A DNA stretch of 54,969 bases, the filler included, from Sphacelaria rigidula (lineage: Eukaryota), in assembly GCA_964200075.2 (NCBI GenBank). It is 6 parts of 6 records of this genome, joined end to end, with 100 filler letters (N's around TTAATTAATTAA, not from the genome) between each part and the next. Parts side by side here need not be neighbours in the genome. Positions count along the whole stretch, not along the records: positions 45,892 to 54,969 come from CAXNAA020009358.1; 5 more parts are not named here. The stretch is one strand, 5' to 3'. The notes under the pieces were generated by a model. It did not search any database. It saw only the letters and a list, made by a program, of their open reading frames with translations, and was not told the origin of the DNA. Positions 48,807 to 54,969 of this stretch are shown here, in pieces. Each line of letters opens with the position of its first letter. Position 1 is the first letter of the stretch. Position numbers and translations under genes: made by a program.

Positions 48807-51800
48807 GTGTGCATCACGAGAAGCTGCTCCAAGCTGCCATCTCACGGTCTGCAGGGCTACGAATCGGAGTTCTGCTCCAAGCACGCCAGGGTGGAAATGG
48901 TGGAGATGGTGCAGGAGAAGTGCGGCTACGATGGCTGTTCCACGAAGCCGTCGTATGGTTTAGCGGGAGGTAGGATAGCGGAGTTCTGCTTCAAGCATGC
49001 TAGGTCGGGAATGATGAATGTGATGCGCAAGACGTGCGACTACGAGGGCTGCTCAACGCATCCGTCGTACGGTGTGGCGGGAAGTAAAAAGGCGGAGTTC
49101 TGCTCTAAGCATGCCAGGTCGGGAATGGTGGATGTGGTGCGCAAGACGTGCGACTACGAGGGCTGCTCCACGCAGCCGTCGTACGGTGTGGCGGGAATTA
49201 AAAAGGCGGAGTTCTGCTCTAAGCATGCCAGGTCGGGAATGGTGGATGTGGTGCACAAGACGTGCAGCTACGAGGGCTGCTCCACGCATCCGTCGTATGG
49301 TGTGGCGGGAAGTAAGAAGGCAGAGTTCTGCTCCAAGCATGCCGGGTCGGGAATGGTGAATGTGGTCGACAAGAAGTGCGGCCACGAGGGCTGCTCCACG
49401 AGGCCGTCGTATGGTGTGGCAGGAAGTAAAAAGGCGGAGTTCTGCTCCAAGCATGCCGGGTCGGGAATGATGAATGTGGTCGACAAGAAGTGCGGCTACG
49501 AGGGCTGCTCAACGCAGCCGTCTTATGGTGTGGCGGGCAGTAAGAAGGCGGAGTTCTGCTCCAAGCATGCCAGGTCGGGAATGGTAAATGTGATGCGCAA
49601 GAAGTGCGGCCACGAGGGCTGCTCCACGAGGCCGTCGTATGGTGTGGCGGGCAGTAAGAAGGCAGAGTTCTGCTCCAAGCATGCGAGGTCTGGAATGGTG
49701 AATGTGGTGAACAGGAAGTGCGGCTACGAGGGCTGCTCCACGCATCCGTCTTATGGTGTGGTGGGAAGCAAGAAGGCGGAGTTCTGCTCCAAGCATGCTA
49801 GGTCGGAAATGGTGAATGTGGTCGACAAGAAGTGCGGCCACGAGGGCTGCTCAACGCAGCCGTCGTATGGTGTGGCGGGAAGTAAGAAGGCGGAGTTCTG
49901 CTCCAAGCATGCCGGGTCGGGAATGGTGAATGTGGTCGACAAGAAGTGCGGCCACGAGGGCTGCTCCACGAAGCCGTCTCATGGTGTGGCGGGAAGCAAG
50001 AAGGCGGAGTTCTGCTCCAAGCATGCGAGGTCGGGAATGGTGAATGTGGTGCACAGGAAGTGCGGCCACGAGCGCTGCTCCACGCAGTCGTCTTATGGTG
50101 TGGCAGGAAGCACGAAGGCGGAGTTCTGCCCCAAGCATGCGAGGTCGGGAATGGTAGATGTGGTGCGCAAGAAGTGCGACCACGAGGGCTGCTCAACGCA
50201 TCCGTCGTATGGTGTGGCGGGCAGTAAGAAGGCGGAGTTCTGCTCCAAGCATGCCGGGTCGGGAATGGTGGATGTGGTGAACAAGAAGTGCGGCTACGAG
50301 GGGTGCTCCACGAAGCCGTCGTATGGTGTGGCAGGGAGTAAGAAGGCGGAGTTCTGCTCCAAGCATGCCGGGTCGGGAATGGTGGATGTGGTGCACAGGA
50401 AGTGCGGCTACGAGGGCTGCTCCACGCATCCGTCGTATGGTGTGGCGGGAAGTGAGAAGGCGGAGTTCTGCTCCAAGCATGCCGGGTCGGGAATGGTGGA
50501 TGTGGTGAACAGGAAGTGCGGCTACGAGGGCTGCTCCACGCAGCCGTCGTATGGTGTGGCGGGAAGCAAGAAGGCGGAGTTATGCTCCAAGCATGCCAGG
50601 TCGGGAATGATAAACGTGGTGCACAAGACGTGCAGCTACGAGGGCTGCTCCACGACGCCGTCGTATGGTGTGGCGGGCAGTAAGAAGGCGGAGTTCTGCT
50701 CCAAGCATGCCAGGTCGGGAATGGTGAATGTGGTCGACAAGAAGTGCGGCCACGAGGGCTGCTCCACGAGGCCGTCGTATGGTGTGGCGGGAAGTAAGAA
50801 GGCGGAGTTCTGCTCCAAGCATGCCGGGTCGGGAATGGTGAATGTGGTGCGCAAGAAGTGCGGCCACGAGGGCTGCTCAACGAAGCCGTTGTATGGTGTG
50901 GCGGGAAGTAAAAAGGCGAAGTTCTGCTCCAAGCATGCGAGGTCGGGAATGGTGAATGTGGTGCGCAAGAAGTGCGGCCACGAGGGCTGCTCCACGAAGC
51001 CGTCTTATGGTGTGGCGGGAAGTAAGAAGGCGGAGTTCTGCTCCAAGCATGCCAGGTCGGAAATGGTGAATGTGGTTCTAAAGAAGTGCAACCACGAGGG
51101 CTGCTCAACAAAGCCGTCTCATGGTGTGGCGGGCAGTAAGAAGGCGGAGTTCTGCTCCAAGCATGCCGGGTCGGGAATGATGAGTGTGGTCCACAGGAAG
51201 TGCGGCTACGAGGGCTGCTCAACGCATCCGTCGTATGGTGTGGCAGGAAGTAAGAAGGCGGAGTTCTGCTCCAAGCATGCCAGGGCAGGAACGATGAATG
51301 TTGTAAGCGAGACGTGCGGCTACGAGGGCTGCTCAACGAAGCCGTTGTATGGCGTGGCGGGAAGTAAGAAGGCTGAGTTCTGCTCCGAGCATGCGAGGTC
51401 GGCAATGGTGAATGTGGTGGACTGGGCGTGCGGCCACGAAGATTGTTTCGCTAATCCATCGTATGGTGTAGCAGGAAGCGTGAAGGCGGAGTTCTGCCCC
51501 GAGCAAGCGAGGTCGGGAATGGGGAATGTGGTGCACAAAATGTGTGGCTACGAGGGCTGCTCCACGCATCCGTCGCATGGTGTGACGGGGAGTAACTGGG
51601 CGGGGTTCTCCTTCAAGCATTCCAGGGCGGGAATGGTGAACGTGGTTGGCAAGAAGTGCGGTGAAGATGAGTGGTTCAAATTGACTGTCGAGAAAAGGCA
51701 CACCGTTGATGAGGCAGAGATCTGCCGACAACATACCTCTCCACAAAAAATAGCTGCGGCACCCGACACCGCGAAGCTTGAAACTGAGGAGGGTGCCCCC

Positions 51801-52289
51801 GTCCGTAGCCCAACAAAGGATGGTGGACGAAGCGTTGCTGATGTACGAGGAACAAAACGTAAGCGCGCAAGATTCTGGGGTTCTGTTTCAAACGACGGTG
51901 TTGGTGCTCGCCGGAGTGCGTCCGCCGGTGCCAGGCAGTTTGTAACAACAAGAAACCCAGCTTCAAGGGCTGGTGAAATGTCTTCAGAGGCGCGTGCAGG
52001 AGATTGGATGAAGGTAGAGCTGGCAGTCCGTCCTGCTACAGACGATGGCGATAGGGGTAGGGAGGATCGCGAGCAGGCTCGCTGTTCGAGTGGTGACACC
52101 AACGCAGGTCGTCGTAGTAGCGTCAGTTGCACTGGTATGAGTTCGGGGCGGCTTTGTGCCTCGCCCGCTATGGCACGTGAACGCCTAGGCATGTTTCATG
52201 TGGACCTTGAACAGGCGGAGGAGTATTCAAACGTGAAGATTGATCTTGGAGTGTCTGGTCCTTCTCCTCGAGCATACGATACATTGTAG
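48807..52289 (+). CDS. EsV-1-7-family cysteine-rich tandem-repeat protein: 24 x 38-aa CCCH repeats, degenerate cap repeats and a ~190-aa low-complexity tail with NLS-like KRKR
   Basis: Uninterrupted 1160-codon ORF. Repeat consensus CG[YH]EGCSTxPSYGVAGSKKAEFCSKHA[RG]SGMV[ND]VVxKK resembles the EsV-1-7 cysteine-rich motif known from Ectocarpus siliculosus virus-1 and brown algal genes such as IMMEDIATE UPRIGHT (recognised by eye, no search run). The ORF opens on GTG; first in-frame ATG is at 48897; the true 5' end or upstream exon is uncertain. Confidence 0.9.
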   Translation: MCITRSCSKLPSHGLQGYESEFCSKHARVEMVEMVQEKCGYDGCSTKPSYGLAGGRIAEFCFKHARSGMMNVMRKTCDYEGCSTHPSYGVAGSKKAEFCSKHARSGMVDVVRKTCDYEGCSTQPSYGVAGIKKAEFCSKHARSGMVDVVHKTCSYEGCSTHPSYGVAGSKKAEFCSKHAGSGMVNVVDKKCGHEGCSTRPSYGVAGSKKAEFCSKHAGSGMMNVVDKKCGYEGCSTQPSYGVAGSKKAEFCSKHARSGMVNVMRKKCGHEGCSTRPSYGVAGSKKAEFCSKHARSGMVNVVNRKCGYEGCSTHPSYGVVGSKKAEFCSKHARSEMVNVVDKKCGHEGCSTQPSYGVAGSKKAEFCSKHAGSGMVNVVDKKCGHEGCSTKPSHGVAGSKKAEFCSKHARSGMVNVVHRKCGHERCSTQSSYGVAGSTKAEFCPKHARSGMVDVVRKKCDHEGCSTHPSYGVAGSKKAEFCSKHAGSGMVDVVNKKCGYEGCSTKPSYGVAGSKKAEFCSKHAGSGMVDVVHRKCGYEGCSTHPSYGVAGSEKAEFCSKHAGSGMVDVVNRKCGYEGCSTQPSYGVAGSKKAELCSKHARSGMINVVHKTCSYEGCSTTPSYGVAGSKKAEFCSKHARSGMVNVVDKKCGHEGCSTRPSYGVAGSKKAEFCSKHAGSGMVNVVRKKCGHEGCSTKPLYGVAGSKKAKFCSKHARSGMVNVVRKKCGHEGCSTKPSYGVAGSKKAEFCSKHARSEMVNVVLKKCNHEGCSTKPSHGVAGSKKAEFCSKHAGSGMMSVVHRKCGYEGCSTHPSYGVAGSKKAEFCSKHARAGTMNVVSETCGYEGCSTKPLYGVAGSKKAEFCSEHARSAMVNVVDWACGHEDCFANPSYGVAGSVKAEFCPEQARSGMGNVVHKMCGYEGCSTHPSHGVTGSNWAGFSFKHSRAGMVNVVGKKCGEDEWFKLTVEKRHTVDEAEICRQHTSPQKIAAAPDTAKLETEEGAPVRSPTKDGGRSVADVRGTKRKRARFWGSVSNDGVGARRSASAGARQFVTTRNPASRAGEMSSEARAGDWMKVELAVRPATDDGDRGREDREQARCSSGDTNAGRRSSVSCTGMSSGRLCASPAMARERLGMFHVDLEQAEEYSNVKIDLGVSGPSPRAYDTL
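48921..51656 (+). repeat. Coding tandem array, 24 x 114 nt
   Basis: First Cys codon at 48921 and the Cys codon after unit 24 at 51657 are exactly 24 x 114 nt apart, with no net indel in the array. Confidence 0.97.
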
Positions 52290-53192
52290 GTGACGCTCTA
52301 TTCCCTGTACCGGTTCGTTGCTCAAATTGCCCGGCGAGTGTGTTGGCGTGTGCTCGCCTTGTTGATCAGCGGTCCCAGACGACGATTGATGGGCAGGGTT
52401 TGTTTTATTTTATTCATGCGAAGCACTTCGTGGGACTGTGGGGTCCAGGCATCTCAGCGCCACGTTGCACCTGTTTCGTCGAGGTGCAGTTGTCAAACTT
52501 GCGTTCGCCGTGTGCTCTGGTGGAATTCTGCCAAGGGCTGGCCACTAGTGCACACAATGTAGTAGCCGACATCGGATGAACCGTGACATCACTGTTCGAC
52601 CTCCGACTCCAGTTTTTTCAACACTTTTCGACTGGCGCGGTACTTACAACAGCCTCCAACAACTTGTAGCCAGACGGAGTGCCCGGCATTTTCTTGGTGT
52701 AAGTTTAATCGGCTCTCACTTGACCAATGTTTCAAATGTGTTGTTTCTGCCTGTAACAGTGGCGTGTGCTTCCAGCTTAACTTTGGACAATTCTTGAAGA
52801 TGACGCTGTACACTAAAATGAGGTTCAAGCTGAAAACGTTTCTTTTCCACACGTTCAGCGATTGTGCTCAGCTACGTTTTTGTAGGCTTAAAGGCCCCCG
52901 ATCGCGTAGATTTTGTTTTAGAGCGTTTTGCCGACTCTGAGCGTCCAGCGCCGACTGAAATCGTCAATCCCATTTCACAAAGTGAAGTTGCTTTCTGCTG
53001 CGGGTAAAAATTTGACGAAGATTTTTTTTGCGACTTCGTTTTTGTGTCGTGATTCTTGCGATATTTTTTTTGCGTCGTGATTTTTGCGATTGGATGCTTG
53101 CGATGTTTTTTTTGCTAGCTTTCTCTAGTCTAAAACCCATATCGATTTCGGTTTTTTGGGTATAACTTCGTCAAATGGACAACAAACGCATC

Positions 53193-53570
53193 CTGCTCCA
53201 AGGGGCACCTGGACACACAGCAGTTGCCGCTGTCCACCTAGTATGGGTGAGGACCCCCAGCGTTTGGTGCTCATGTACAAGGAAGGGTGATCTTCATCTA
53301 TCTAGTATCATGCTCCGAAACATGCCTGACAAGGGGGCAACACCCCCGTAAAGACAATGGCAACGCTAGCGGATCCTACATCCTGAGAGTCTGCGACAGT
53401 CTGGCAGCCGGCGAGGTGGTTACGGTAGTGTCCTTCTGGCGATGTCAACTTGCAGAGCACTGGAGCAGAGTTTGCAGATGAATATTTCGGCGATTTCGTG
53501 CTCCAAGGGGCACCTGCACACACAGTAGTTGCCGCTGCCATCTGTCACTTCCACACCAAGCGGGGTGAGG
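53193..53570. repeat. Two ~45-bp direct repeats about 307 nt apart
   Basis: tgctccaaggggcacctg.acacacag.agttgccgctg at 53193 and 53500, each followed by gggtgagga. Confidence 0.75.
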
Positions 53571-54104
53571 ATGTACAGTCTATTTTTGAACATATATTAC
53601 AGTGAGTGAAGTGAAGAGTTCAGGAGCCAGCGTTCCAGTATCGGGGTGAAGGGTTGTGAATCGTATTTCTATGGTGGCAACGGCAAAGAATGAGGTACTG
53701 GAGTAAACACGCTAAGATTCCTCTCTCTCTCTCTCTCTCTCTCTCACCACTAATTATTCTAAGGAGTGAGCCTGCGGATTGCTGGGAGGGAATGAGAACA
53801 CCTCACGAGCGCCCGTTCCTTATTCCAATTTTCAAATCGCTTGTTGTCTCAGGTTATTCCAGATTCGACATTAGATTTCTGTGACAGAAGACACTCTCGT
53901 TTTTTTCGGAATACTTTGATAAAACGAGAACTTCTCGAAAAACTGCTCAAACCATGACCCATTATCTGGAGTATAGAGCAGTACACGCAAGACAAGACAG
54001 TTTTGCACTGGTGTATGGATTATATAACACTACCCTAAACGCAAGACAACACGGCAGTTCCGCTGTGTTTTATAGTTTCAGAACCTGAACACGGACCTTC
54101 TGTG

Positions 54105-54190
54105 TGTGTGACCCCGGCTGGTGCGCCCACATATACCAGAGGGTCTACACCGGCATCCAGAAAAGATGGGACGACAACACACACACGCAC
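54105..54190 (+). mobile_element. 5'-truncated SINE tail copy
   Basis: tgtgaccccggctggtgcgcccacatata...ccagaa.agatgggacgacaacacac. Confidence 0.8.
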
Positions 54191-54969
54191 AGTCTACATC
54201 CAAATGCCGCACAGCAGACAGCAGACGACTTGAAGCCTGCCGATGCGGGGGTGGGGGTGTTGCTCTATTGCAGCGGAAGCTTCGAGGCGAGGATACCACC
54301 ATCAAACCCCCAAGATCAAAGGAAAGAGGCGGATGCCCGCAACAGCAGCGGCCCAAAGTGGAGATGACTGACGATTACTGGAAACGGAGCGCACACTACT
54401 GACGGCCCGGAGCGGAAGGAGAAGGAGGAAGAGATCGTTGATCGAGGGTGGGGATGGGGTTATGGGAAGAGACGATCGGCTGCGTGCCACTAGTCGGGGT
54501 GAGCCGTACACTATGTCTGTGTACTGTGCAGGCTATCCAGGTGGCAGCACGAGTAGCGGGAGTGGTCCTGTATCGCATCACTTGTCAACTGTTCAGAGCT
54601 ATAGGGCCTGTGAAGTAGTACTTCTGTACTGCTATCGTCTGTTGCCCGCTGTACATAGTGTACAGTCCGCACAGCAGACAGCAGACGACGGTACTTGTAG
54701 TACGATGATGGTGTGATTTCACAAGTGTCCCTACTTGAGGGTATACGGCCGTGTAGAGTGCTCAGAGCATCCAAATGTCGTTATCTGCCCGGATGCACTG
54801 TGTTCCTGCGCATGGGCTGCGGCGGGTGTGAATGGTTGTCATTACGTAATGCACACTCTCATGACAGGATTGCACTTGAACACCCAGATAATATCCACCA
54901 TCTATCCCCTAGTATAGCCATCGTTTTCTCCCTACTGTCTAGCGCATCAAACGATTCATGCCACCTTTG

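Noticed and set aside
49798-51405. 535-aa antisense ORF and other overlapping ORFs in the array
   Set aside because: Shadow frames of the 114-nt repeat; the plus frame carries the conserved Cys/His pattern and third-position silent variation.
48921-51656. DGR-like diversification (position 36 codons are mostly NNC: AAC, GAC, CAC, CGC)
   Set aside because: No template repeat or DGR reverse transcriptase in the piece; CAT and CTA codons break the adenine-only pattern, and other adenines in the unit are largely invariant.

Overview
Eukaryotic, intron-rich, transposon-littered DNA, most consistent with a brown alga (Phaeophyceae); this is inferred from the EsV-1-7 repeat gene, the splice-site style and the TE families. 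The window is not one locus. Five identical 100-nt spacers (N44-TTAATTAATTAA-N44) fall exactly 9178 nt apart and join six ~9.08-kb pieces, so linkage across spacers cannot be assumed. Piece 1 holds at least 8 in-phase exons of a minus-strand VPS13-like (repeating beta-groove) gene. Pieces 2-5 are mostly decayed TEs: LINE, Ty3/Gypsy, a hAT transposase, a piggyBac-like element, several MITEs and a tRNA-headed SINE. They also carry two strictly phased 42-43-bp motif-plus-spacer arrays and a probable fossil NCLDV major-capsid gene. Piece 6 holds the most striking feature, an uninterrupted 1160-codon ORF with 24 tandem 38-aa C-x4-C-x16-C-x2-H (EsV-1-7-type) repeats. The repeats are nearly invariant except at two positions that each switch among about four polar or charged residues (K/H/Q/R and R/H/D/N). 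A tail with an NLS-like and SUMO-like motifs follows. The architecture suggests a TALE-like, modular, possibly programmable nucleic-acid-binding array; this is a hypothesis, not demonstrated here.
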